The notes beneath the pieces were generated by a model. It saw only the letters and a program-made list of their open reading frames with translations. It was not told the DNA's origin and did no database searches. Both the position numbers and the translations under genes were made by a program. Source: Octopus bimaculoides (Eukaryota). Taken from it: a DNA stretch of 51,616 nt. This document shows, in pieces, positions 39,281 to 51,616 of this stretch (position 1 is its first letter; every line of letters begins with the position of its first letter). The stretch covers positions 2,216,329 through 2,267,944 of the forward strand of contig NC_069000.1 in NCBI RefSeq assembly GCF_001194135.2, written 5' to 3'.

Positions 39281-40060
39281 ACACGTTTATATATATATAN
39301 NNNNNNNNNNNNNNNNNNNNNNNNNNNNNNNNNNNNNNNNNNNNNNNNNNNNNNNNNNNNNNNNNNNNNNNNNNNNNNNNNNNNNNNNNNNNNNNNNNNN
39401 NNNNNNNNNNNNNNNNNNNNNNNNNNNNNNNNNNNNNNNNNNNNNNNNNNNNNNNNNNNNNNNNNNNNNNNNNNNNNNNNNNNNNNNNNNNNNNNNNNNN
39501 NNNNNNNNNNNNNNNNNNNNNNNNNNNNNNNNNNNNNNNNNNNNNNNNNNNNNNNNNNNNNNNNNNNNNNNNNNNNNNNNNNNNNNNNNNNNNNNNNNNN
39601 NNNNNNNNNNNNNNNNNNNNNNNNNNNNNNNNNNNNNNNNNNNNNNNNNNNNNNNNNNNNNNNNNNNNNNNNNNNNNNNNNNNNNNNNNNNNNNNNNNNN
39701 NNNNNNNNNNNNNNNNNNNNNNNNNNNNNNNNNNNNNNNNNNNNNNNNNNNNNNNNNNNNNNNNNNNNNNNNNNNNNNNNNNNNNNNNNNNNNNNNNNNN
39801 NNNNNNNNNNNNNNNNNNNNNNNNNNNNNNNNNNNNNNNNNNNNNNNNNNNNNNNNNNNNNNNNNNNNNNNNNNNNNNNNNNNNNNNNNNNNNNNNNNNN
39901 NNNNNNNNNNNNNNNNNNNNNNNNNNNNNNNNNNNNNNNNNNNNNNNNNNNNNNNNNNNNNNNNNNNNNNNNNNNNNNNNNNNNNNNNNNNNNNNNNNNN
40001 NNNNNNNNNNNNNNNNNNNNNNNNNNNNNNNNNNNNNNNNNNNNNNNNNNNNNNNNNNNN

Positions 40061-40091
<31 letters not shown>

Positions 40092-40621
40092 CTGCAGGAA
40101 AAAGTATTTACTTTCGAATTAAAATCGATAGTTTGCAGCAACGTGTTATGAAGAGCATTGCTCAACGTCCATGGATGGAGTCCATATACTTATGATTACG
40201 TGTGCAATGCATATACATACATAACTGAAGCAGTTGACAGCGCACTGCTGGGCCCTGACGATTCTTTCCTATTCGCAGTATTACATATATTTCAGGCCAA
40301 CATGTATTTTCATTAAACGATGGAAAATACTGATACTAGATTTATGCTAAATAGTTATTGACGTCAATATATCGGTATAAAATAACAAATACATAAACTA
40401 AACTAAAATCCCAAAAACAAAAATAAGCAAGAGAAAAAACGAATTTGAAATATTTTAATTGGAAGTTACTGTTATTTCAAATGAAACGCTGATATGTTCA
40501 GTTAGTGACAAGCAATTAATATATTTATTTCTATATACAGGTGACAGCTTTATTTGACATGTCTAATTTATCATTCAATGCAACATTCTGCCATTAATTA
40601 TTGTATGAAAGGCCTGAAAGT

Positions 40622-40685
<64 letters not shown>

Positions 40686-41249
40686 ATAGCTAACAAATCA
40701 ACAAGAGTAATTATTATCTGTCAGTTTGTCAGTTCACAAGCAAATACTAAATATTCAGCGATCTATGATGAAAATGAAACTATTACGCAATTAGGCAACT
40801 ACACACAAACAACAAACACAGACTACTTCAGCATAAAAACAACAACAGCAACAACAATAACAACGTCATTAGTAAAACTTTAAAGCTTCAGAATCAAGAG
40901 ACACCACTTATTGTTGGCTGTGTGTAATTACGAGAAACGGGTTTCGTCATCAGTCGAAACACTGCAGTCACCGACAATGGTGAGCTGAAATTACTGTTTA
41001 AGTAAAAGAACACCGAAGAAGAGGAATAGGCAGGGAAGACACTGAGGGCTCATATCGATGGTTTTGCATAATTTTTCCATTAGCTATAGAAAACGGAACT
41101 GGAATTCACCGATATTAACATTAATATAATTTGATTAATAATCGTCATTAATTACAGTCAATACAGGGCAACAAAAATTATCGGGAACCATTTCAAGTGC
41201 TCACGTCAAATCAGAACTACAGTTTAATTTAGCTTTCAAATTTTCGGGG

Positions 41250-41910
<661 letters not shown>

Positions 41911-42319
41911 AAATACTTATATCGCCCCATAATTCCTCTCAGCATATTGCTATGTTCCTTTCTCCATACTCCTCCTCTTGATCAGGGATGCACATATCAT
42001 TAGCTACTTCGAGACATGGTCAAGCAACTGACAAGCAACTCTGCGATATTTGATGTAACCCATCTTTGACACCAAGCCTGGAGAAGGAAACATTTGAAAT
42101 GGCCTTCGCTGTGACTGATTGACGCCAGGGAGGCTTTCTAACATTTCTTTGATTCGTCTTAAGCAGTTATTTCTCCAATTTTAGCGTTTAATTTGTTAGG
42201 ATTTTGCTATTAGTCTTTATTTCTTCTTTTTGTCATTATCACAGTTTCCACATATCGATCTCCAACACCTAATCATCTTTTGTAGGTTGTCTTTTACATA
42301 CAGTTTTTGATTTCTCTCA

Positions 42320-42646
42320 ACCGCCATAACTAAAACTGAAGTCGTCCTCTTCCTCCTTCTTTTCTTCCTGCTAATTTCCTCCTCCCATCCCTCTAATTTC
42401 CTCTTCCGTTTCCTTTGCATGTTGCTCTTCCTTCTACACCTTTTCTTTTTTCTACTTTCCTTTATCTTTCTCCTCCATCTCTTTCTTCTACATTTTGTTC
42501 TCCATATTCTCTTTTTGTTTTCTTGTTCTAGTTGTTTGTATTCTCTTCTCTTTCTTTTTCTACTTCATCTGCTACTCACATTTTCATTCTTTTTATTATT
42601 GCTGATACTATAATAAAATACTACTACTACTACTACTAATAATAAA

Positions 42647-42693
<47 letters not shown>

Positions 42694-42700
42694 CATTATC
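42320..42700. repeat. CT-rich low-complexity tract followed by (TAC)n and (TTA)n
   Basis: Directly visible. Confidence 0.9.
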
Positions 42701-43994
42701 AATCAACACTATATTTTATAGGACCTCCACAAACAAACACGCTTTTTCTGAAAATACATTATTTTACAGCAGGACCGTTCAGCTCGATTGAAAATCACAT
42801 AATTCTTCTCTTTTAGTAGAAGAAATAAGAAGGATTAAAATATAATAGACGAAATCAGTTACAGCTTGTGTACAAACATAACTTCTTGCCCTCTAGATGT
42901 CAAACCAATGCAACAATTTCTCAACTTCGAGTGATAGATGCTGTTTACAATAACAAATACTCGGTTACGATTCATTCTTCTCTATTCATGGACGAAAATA
43001 TAAACTATTGCTACAATTGTTTTCTTACTGAAATAGTTTCGAAATTGTGGTATATAATTGATGAGAATAACAAAACGCTTGACCAAATAAGAATCAGAGA
43101 TCACAGAATATTAAGAAAAATTCGGGAGACCATAGAAGGCGGGGAAGTGAACGAACTATTATGAATGAAAAACATATTACAAAACGTTTGGTGAACCGTG
43201 AATTTTCTTCTGCAACCTCTCTATCGTCTTTACTGCTGTAAAATTTTGATAGAAGAATCGTAATCGATATGGGAAAGGATTAATCACTCTTCATGATTAC
43301 ATCAATAATTAGTGGACGGAGAGGAGAATGACAGACTTAACTGATAGGTCAAAGATAAACTGGAAGATTGCCAAACTTTCGCATTTTCCAGTAAGGACAT
43401 GATTCAGAGATGATAGCAATTATATGCGTAAACATACATTCAACTGACTTGCTGTTATTATGTCTGCGGAGGCCGTTTCGAGGTGCAGACGATGATGGTT
43501 CCAGTGTTGGGGGTTTGTCATGTTGGGCCTATTTGTTGTTGCTAAATTTCTGTAGGCAGTAATGTTGTTTTTGTCTCTCTTGAGACCTTTCTTTTAGATA
43601 TTGTTTTTACTTGTTCGGTGTGGATGTTCCTCTCCACAACCATAGCATTATGGTGTTGGTGGTCAAGGTTGCACGAGGCAGCAATGAAAGTGATTTATCA
43701 CGTGGCAAATTTATTCCTGGGGTTAAACCAGCGCCTTCTTTTTCCTCCTCATTATCGACCAACCAGTAATATTGTCAACATGTTTATGCTTGAAAAAAAA
43801 AATCAATATTTGTTTTTAATATATAGGAAATAGAAACTAAATGAATCGAATAGCCCTTTGGGGTCGTGGGGCTGCAAAAAATACGACAGAAAATCGATAA
43901 CAACAAATCCCTAAATGGAAAACAACAATTGTTATTAAACTTACACATCGGAGAGAGATACGTTTGAACAGTTCCGTCACCACTGCTACCACGG

Positions 43995-44017
43995 CTGCAG
44001 CAGCAGCAGCAGCAGTC

Positions 44018-44068
<51 letters not shown>
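43995..44068. repeat. (CAG)n grading into (TAG)n
   Basis: Directly visible. Confidence 0.95.
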
Positions 44069-47000
44069 TATCAATTATCATAATAATTTTATTCATTCAT
44101 CAATTCATACAAAGAAATGAATTTATAAAAGATACCCATTTATCACAAATGCATACACAAATAGGGAAAAAACAGTATAAACACCCAGTGGAGAGGAAAA
44201 TGCTGTTAAATTATATTTGAACATAATAATTTTCTTTTATTGCATGATATAAATAAATAACTAAAATACTGTAATAGTTAGAAGTGAATAAAACATCCCA
44301 TCCACAATGGGATTTGAAACGACGGCCTGCTTCAGATCAGGTGACATCACAAACTGGATCGCACTCTGTGAATCGTTTCTGGATTTTAAGTTTACATAAT
44401 CATTAAATGCAAAAGTACCACTGGAGAATGCAATAAATACCACTGTACCTTTGGTAGCGCACAAATCGATCGATTACATATTTGGTTCGACGTGTATCGT
44501 TGCTTCGGAAGACATGTCGCTGGTCTTCATTCGCAGTGCGATCATTGTATTTGTCTAGCCATATACTCCATATCCATTGGCCGTCGTCCGCTAAAATTCG
44601 CGAACACGAAGGACAAGTGCAATTCTTCACTTAAATTGCTAACAACAAAGGTCACGAATTATTGTCGTTTGGCAAAATGTACAAGTATGATATGGTATAC
44701 ATGTATGTATGTATGTATGTATGTATGTACGTACGTACGTACATGTATGTATCCGTGTGTTTTTATGTACGTGCTTGCTCCAATACTATAGTTCAGTTAT
44801 ACATCCTTTCTTTCTCTTGTCCGAGATATCGCTTAAATCGCTGTCACCAGTGACAATCCTTGTGTTTATCTCCACACACACACACACGCGCACACACATA
44901 CACACACGCGCGCATTTTTTTATATATGGATGACCAAAACTGGATTTGAAACATCGTTACAGTATGTCTACTAATATATCCGCTCTGACAAATATTGTTA
45001 TCCAGTCTCTTATTAATTAACTAATTGGTTAAATGACTCACCGACCCAATCGAAATAACACTTTACATGAAAACCTGAAAATCTATTGACGTTTCTTCAA
45101 ATCCATCAACTTGATGGTCAATATTGATTTACTTTATACGTAACATCGATAGAATACAACGGCCGATGCACTTCTATATAATTCCAGCTACAACTGATTT
45201 CGCTTTGTCTCATTCTGTCGAGTAGCAACAATAATTCCAACACTTATGGTAGGTACACACGAGATATGGTTATTTATTGTTGAAAACAAACTGTGGCATG
45301 ATAGAATGGTTATTGATAAAACTTGGGATACTTGGTCTCCTTTAAAATAGAGAGTGAAGTCAGACAAAGATCACTTAGCGGAAATCCTGACGAAAACGTT
45401 CCATTTCACACTTCAAATATCAATACCCACTGAATGTATTAATTCTGCGCCAATCTTGCTAGTGTTTAGACAACGTCTCGTAAACCGACAGGTGTACTAC
45501 GTGGTTATGTCTATTGCAAGAAATAGCAGCTTAGTAATACGCAAATCGTAATCGTATCAAACTAGTTTTAAACGAAGAGCGTATAGTGCATCTAGTACTA
45601 AATCATTATTTACTAAATAATTATTTATGTTCCTGACTTGGGTGGGGTACGTTTATCTTTGAGATTCTCAGTACATGAAACTGAATATAAACAACAGCAG
45701 CAGACATGAGATGCTACGAACAAACGCTCAGGCATAAAACTTAATGAAGACTTTTGATATTCTTTCCATTATACGAGAGAATTACGCTGTTATTGATAGT
45801 TTGAATATAGTGCAATTAGTCCTTTAGACAATGTAGTATCAGTAACTGCCCAGCGTGTTCTAACAAGAAGAACTTAAGAGGACGACGACAGTTTCAACAT
45901 CTGAAGAAAGAGTCAAAACGTGAATAATATAACAGTTTCGTTTCTTCTTAAATTATTTAAAGTGACGCATCCACACGGTAGCTGAAACAAAAGTATCATT
46001 CTAAGAAAAGAAAAAAAATATATCATAGGAAAAATATCTGTTCAGGTAATTTGATAATTTAATGAGAAACACTATTGTCAAGGACTGTTTTAATGAGTTG
46101 AATGATACAAAATAAAGAATTCTCATAACTAACCAAAACATGATTTACGTGCATTTTCAAAGTAAATGTTTGTGAATTTTATTTCATTAAAGTCATTTCT
46201 CTTCACATGTCTGATCTCATACTAAGGACGGCTAGGTTATTCGGTCTTTTTTTGTCTCATCATGCTGTTCCTGAAGTGTCGCTTGATTGTCTTTAGTACT
46301 TGATGTTGCCATAGCTACCATAGCTGGAATTTTTCTTCAGGAAAAGAACGTACATGTGAATAATGTAATTTTAGTGTGTATATTGTTATAGTATTTAAAA
46401 ATTGATGTAACCTGATGTCTTCACTAAAGTTTGATACACGTATTGTTTTAAGGCTCGTCTTTTCAGATTACACTTTACAGACAGTTTGGATGTTTGTTCA
46501 TTCTTGCTTTTACAAGTTTCATTTACACTCCTCTATTTTCTTTAGAGTATCTGAGAAAAAGTTTATACATCTTACATTTATTGAATCCTCATCAGTTTTA
46601 TAATATGAAGATGAAAATATTTTTGTAACTTATATTTTTTCAATATTTAATCGTCAACATATTTTCATTTAAGCTGTCATTTTTGCCTCAATTAATCGAC
46701 ATCCATTAATTATTAACAGTTTGGACGAATCAACCGAAAATGAAAATAATTAATTTGCGCAATTCCATGAAGTTAACAAACTCGTTTGGTTATTTTAGTT
46801 GCGAATATTTTTAATGAAAACTTTAATTGAAAACTGTCATGGTGATGCACTACGTAGGTTAATGAAAACAAGATATTGTTAAATTATAGTAATCAGACAT
46901 TCCATTATTTGTTACAAAAGAATTCAACCTGATAGTTAGCATTCTGAGGATAATTGAAAGATAAGTTTGAGACTTGAAAATTTTGAGAATTTTGAGAGCA

Positions 47001-47375
47001 ATAATAAGGTTGTGTGTGTGTGTGTGTTTGTGCGTGTGTGTGCGTATTAAAAGACTGTTTCAGTTATATGCGTAAGATGTTCAAAAGAAGTTCTGCGTAC
47101 AGAACATCTGGTGCTGTTGTTAGTAGCAGTTGACATTAGAACAGAGTACCCAACAGCGAGTGTGAAATAATGGAATGGAATGCTTTTTTAGGATATTAAT
47201 AGGTGCTGAAAGCCTTTTTATAATTTGACATGTGCTGTATGACGTAGTGGGTCAGGTGATTGGTTATGTGGTCGCTAGTACTGCTAATGACTCCTTCATA
47301 TTGACTTGATATCAGAAAATCTTTCAGTTTTAGAATTATTTACGCGGCTGCAAGTAAAATCAACGACGACAGCTC

Positions 47376-47558
47376 TTTTGAGCGGTATCAACAGGGAGCC
47401 CTGCCCCAGGTTAATCGCGTGGGTTTCAGTATGTGTCGTTGGCATTGGTTCCTTTTGAGCGTAATCAGCGGGAGGTTCTCTCTACAGTTAATCACGTGAT
47501 TGGCAGTATCATCAGTGGCTTTGCCTCGTTTTGACAGTTATCAGCTGGCGGTTTATTT
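47376..47558. repeat. Diverged 76-77-bp minisatellite, 2 full units and 1 partial
   Basis: Units start ttttga at 47376, 47453 and 47529; shared anchors atcarc, gttaatcrcgtg, cagtat, tggc-ttg. Confidence 0.7.
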
Positions 47559-47787
47559 CTTGACTTTACTTCCATAGATAATTTTGTCTGCTCCCATTCA
47601 TACGCACCGTTCTAAATAGAAATTTAGATGCATATAATGGACTAAGGAATCAATTTTTTTTACAAAGTAATAAATTAGATTTTCCCACCATATTTCCGAA
47701 CACATTCTAATATTCATTTCAAACTTTGGCTCAACGGGAGCAATTTCGGGGGAAGGAATTCAGTCTTCTACATCCACTCCAGCACTC

Positions 47788-47910
47788 ACTTGATACCTAT
47801 TTTAACGACCGCGAAAGGATGGCAAGCAAGGTCTACATCTGCGGAATTCGAACTCAGAAGGAAATGCTGCTAAACATTTTGCCAGACGTGTTAACGACTC
47901 TACTAAGTTC
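47788..47910 (-). mobile_element. SINE family B, diverged
   Basis: aaaggatggcaagcaaggtctac...gcggaattcgaactcagaa...gctaaacattttgcc. Confidence 0.75.
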
Positions 47911-48499
47911 TAATATTCGAAACAACTTCTAATATACGAAAAGCTTCAACATGGATCCGAGTGAGAGCTAAGGAAAGTAATCTAAAAGCCCACAATATGG
48001 GATATATTAGTTTTACTTTATTAAAGCCATTGCAAATATTCTAGCACTGGGCAGTTGATCTATCTGCCTCACAGTGTCTCTACTGAAGCACTTTCTTATT
48101 TTCTTGCGCATGAATTCTTGTTTTTACTTGTGATACACGTCAAATTTAATGGGTAGTAACTGGATACAACACCACCATAATGTGTCTTCAATGCCAAACT
48201 TATATTCTATTGTATAAGAGATTTGTATTAGTCCGCACCCACATCGCATTGAATGTAAGGCCTTTTATAAAGCCTCATAAAATTAAACACCACTATGTAT
48301 GTACAGTGAATTCCATGGAAGAGACATCGTTTAAAGTAATTCACTCGTATGGAATCTGGCTTTTCTACCGAAATCTAGCATAGGACTGATGACGCTTTGA
48401 AGTTTAACGGTAGCTTCGAGTTAACTCATTGTCAAACAGAGAGATCTTCGATGTGGATTCCAAGCATTTACCATCCTAGATGTAGTGTTTCACGCTGGA

Positions 48500-48702
48500 T
48501 TATGTGTGCGCGCGTGTGTGCTGTGTGTATGCATGCGTGTGTGCATGTGTGCATGTGTGTTTGTGTGTGCGTGTGTGTGTGTGTTTGTGTGTGCGTGCGT
48601 GTGTGTGTATGTATTTTATCAGTTTCAGCTCGAGATCTGCAGCCATGCCAAGGCACATACACATACACATATATATTGTATACCTATCTTTATATGTATG
48701 TA

Positions 48703-48743
<41 letters not shown>

Positions 48744-48881
48744 GTGTGTGTGTGTATATATGTATATAAAAATATACATAAATATATATTTGAATCTATA
48801 TAGATAGATATATCGATATAACCGCATATATGTACGTTTGAATATTTATACACGTATACATACACACATACTTCTGTATCT

Positions 48882-48969
<88 letters not shown>

Positions 48970-49315
48970 TTATATACATGTATATATAGATATATATCTT
49001 TATAGGCACACAGATATAATAAGCACAAAGACACACTTTATATGTGTATATAAGAGACAGACTTGAAGTAATTAGAGAAAACACCGATTACTTCAACTTT
49101 GAAAATCTCTCCCGTGTTATATCCCCAATCCAAATATATGCTGCTGTATACGCTTTTAAGTGTGCAGTATCGGAATATGGTAGATTAATATCGTTTGAAT
49201 ATCTTGCCCTAATCTATATGGTAACGTGTGGTGCTTTATCACTCTTCATAAAGTGTATACACAGACACACATATGCCACGCACATAAACACGCACACACA
49301 ACATAAAATATATTG

Positions 49316-49371
<56 letters not shown>

Positions 49372-49401
49372 NNNNNNNNNNATATATATACATACATATA
49401 G

Positions 49402-49430
<29 letters not shown>
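48500..49430. repeat. (GT)n/(CA)n/(AT)n microsatellite cluster with a short unique spacer (49050-49250)
   Basis: Directly visible. Confidence 0.85.
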
Positions 49431-49433
<3 letters not shown>

Positions 49434-49599
49434 GTAAATAGAAAACAAAGTTATTTTATTCCACACGGCTAGAAATATAGGAAAAGTAGAAGCTAAAAAT
49501 GCACTGAGAATAGTTAAAATATTTCTTATTAATATATTTAAATCTTTAACCGGCTTCACAATTTACACTGATTTCCTAAAAGTTCAAATAGACAGACGT

Positions 49600-49995
49600 G
49601 GCTTATATCCTAGCTGTCTTGCTTCTGATTAGTGTTTGAAGCTTGCCATATTTTGTATCAACTTGCTATAAAAGCAGGTAGTAATTCTAACTTTCTTAAT
49701 CTTAGTGCCAGTTTTGAAGAGTGCAGTTCGATTTTAACACTTATTTTTTAAAACTATGATGGAAATAGCAAAGGATCTTATTCGGCATATTTTGTTTTGT
49801 TACTTCAATAATGTCAAAAAAGTACGAGGAAAATTAATTCAGTATATGGGGATCGGATAATAAGCGTAAGCCAGTGTCAATGTTGGTTCCAGAAATTCCG
49901 AGCCGCTGACTACAACTTAGAAGACGAGCATCTTCCTGGAAGATCTGTAGAGCTTGTCGACGACGTCCTGCAAGCCTTGGTGGAATATAAAGGCT
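49600..49995 (+). mobile_element. Mariner transposase N-terminal (HTH) remnant
   Basis: MEIAKDLIRHILFCYFNN (ATG at 49759), then after a frameshift YGDRIISVSQCQCWFQKFRAADYNLEDEHLPGRSVELVDDVLQALVE (cf. Mos1-type WFxKFxxGxFxLEDxxRSGRP). Confidence 0.85.
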
Positions 49996-50779
49996 AAGAG
50001 TTGTTTTAAAATTTCACTACCGGTGGCCTAGCATGTATAAAAAGTCAATAGACAACATATTCTCAATATAAAATAGTGTAAATTTAAACACAAGAAAAAC
50101 TACCTTTAACAGGTAATTTTACACGCTAGAAGAAGCAGTCAAAACGACCAAAACCACATTTGAGAGCAATTTCGAAGGGAATGAAAAATATTTAAATATA
50201 TATATATAAATAGATAGATAGAATGATGGGCAGGTATAGATATATAAGCATAGCATACATATACATAAGCACACATGGGTGAGCTCGTGTCTGTGGATTT
50301 GGGTGAGGAGTGTATGTCTGTATATCATTATTTATCGAAAAATGAGACACTCTCTATCTGTCTATTTGTGTCTATGTGTGTTGGCTGCTCTGTATGCGTC
50401 TTAAAGCGCTATACTTCAAATAGATAATCAACAAACAAGATATAACTTTATTGCTATTATGTATTGCTTCCACAATTCCTTTTTAATATCGTTTTCAATT
50501 TTTTTTAGAGAAATACCCCCTGCAGCAACGACCTCAGTTGTCTTTCCTTTACAGATCTCCTGACCGGGAGACATATCTTCATTACTTGTATATTTTCTTT
50601 TTGTCTGCCTACATCAGTGCTTCTGAAATCTTTTTAACTATCATCAAATTATTTTACCACCGCCCTTTCATCCCCCCTTTCATACAATTCACCAAAATTA
50701 AATACGCCACATTGAATTGCTGCCGACAGATTGATGGCCATTGAAAAGTACTTGTACATAACTCATTAATATAAGCTGC

Positions 50780-51153
50780 CACTCCGTCTGTTACGACGAC
50801 GAGTATTCCAGCTGATCCGATCAACGGGACAGCCCTCTCGCGAAATTAACGTGCATCAGGCTAAGCCCTTCACAGATACGCGTACCCTTAATCAAGTTCT
50901 CAGGGATATTCGGCCTAAAACAGACTGCGACAGGATGGCTTTTAGAATTCAAATACTACTCATATTTGCAAGTTGACCAGACTGCAACAATGTGAAATAA
51001 AGTGACCTCCCCAAGGACACAGCATACTCTGCCGGAATCGAACTCACGCGCATAGTCGACATCGGCGGAATTTGAACTCAGAACGTAAAGGCAGACGAAA
51101 TACCGCTAAGCATTTCGCCCGGCGTGCTAAAGTTTCTGCCAGCTCGCTGCCTT
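50780..51153 (-). mobile_element. Chimeric SINE: family B head (51049-51153) fused to family C from its B-box onward (50780-51048)
   Basis: Sense reading: ...ctgagttcaaattccgccgatgtcgactatgcg|cgtgagttcgattccggc...; two B-boxes in tandem. Confidence 0.88.
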
Positions 51154-51235
51154 CAAAATACATCTAGGCACAAGGAATATTGTTGATATACAACTGTTGC
51201 TCTACTCAGTTAAATTTCAGAGACTGAAAACCATC

Positions 51236-51278
<43 letters not shown>

Positions 51279-51378
51279 NNNNNNNNNNNNNNNNNNNNNN
51301 NNNNNNNNNNNNNNNNNNNNNNNNNNNNNNNNNNNNNNNNNNNNNNNNNNNNNNNNNNNNNNNNNNNNNNNNNNNNNN

Positions 51379-51421
<43 letters not shown>

Positions 51422-51540
51422 GTGTCTGGCACCCTATGTCCAGCTCTAAATACACATCGCTGTGTGTGTATGTGTGTGTGCGTGTATGTCTGTGTCTATG
51501 TGTTTGTGTGTGTGTGTGTTTGTGTGCATATGGGTATACG
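51236..51540. repeat. (TATC)n around an N-gap, then (GT)n
   Basis: Directly visible. Confidence 0.9.
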
Positions 51541-51616
51541 CGTATGTGCCCGATGTTGAAAACCTCTAATAACTACCTACCTTTATGTATGTATACATAG
51601 AATATGTTTATATATA

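Noticed and set aside
43560-43680. Minus-strand CYGCGEEH gag-like zinc knuckle
   Set aside because: The CCHC spacing is incomplete and there is no further ORF1 similarity.
48385-48425. CTGATGA motif
   Set aside because: No helix II-GAAA arrangement.
49044-49260. Non-repetitive part of ORF 49044-49472
   Set aside because: No recognisable homology or convincing splice signals; the length is compatible with chance.

Overview
AT-rich, microsatellite-saturated, non-coding eukaryotic DNA from a draft short-read assembly, with 11 N-gaps totalling about 2.8 kb, nearly all bordered by simple repeats. The SINE families look like those I recall from Octopus, so an octopod cephalopod source is likely; this is recall, not a database result. 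I cannot identify any intact protein-coding gene. Almost all supplied ORFs are translations of microsatellites or N-runs, and there is no CRISPR array, rRNA or intact tRNA. Supported content: (i) about 20 copies or fragments of three tRNA-derived SINE families, here called A, B and C, including two chimeras; (ii) a fourth tRNA-headed element (D) with a hammerhead-ribozyme-like core and a 23-bp inverted duplication of its own 3' region; (iii) decayed LINE pieces: an RNase H-bearing I/Nimb/Ingi-type element (3550-5240, minus), an L1/Tx1 RT fragment with YADD (19321-19725), a CR1/Jockey-type AP endonuclease fragment (23385-23625, minus) and an R4/Dong-like 3' end running into (TAA)n (35405-35809); (iv) Tc1/mariner remnants, including a DD37D (maT) transposase C-terminus (41359-41910, minus). 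The best leads are element D, a pri-miRNA-like hairpin at 17320-17392, a repeated [retroposon end]-(TAA)n-[SINE B]-(TAA)n architecture, SINE chimeras and two phase-compatible candidate micro-exons. I found no clearly new multi-gene system; the leads are RNA- and TE-level hypotheses.
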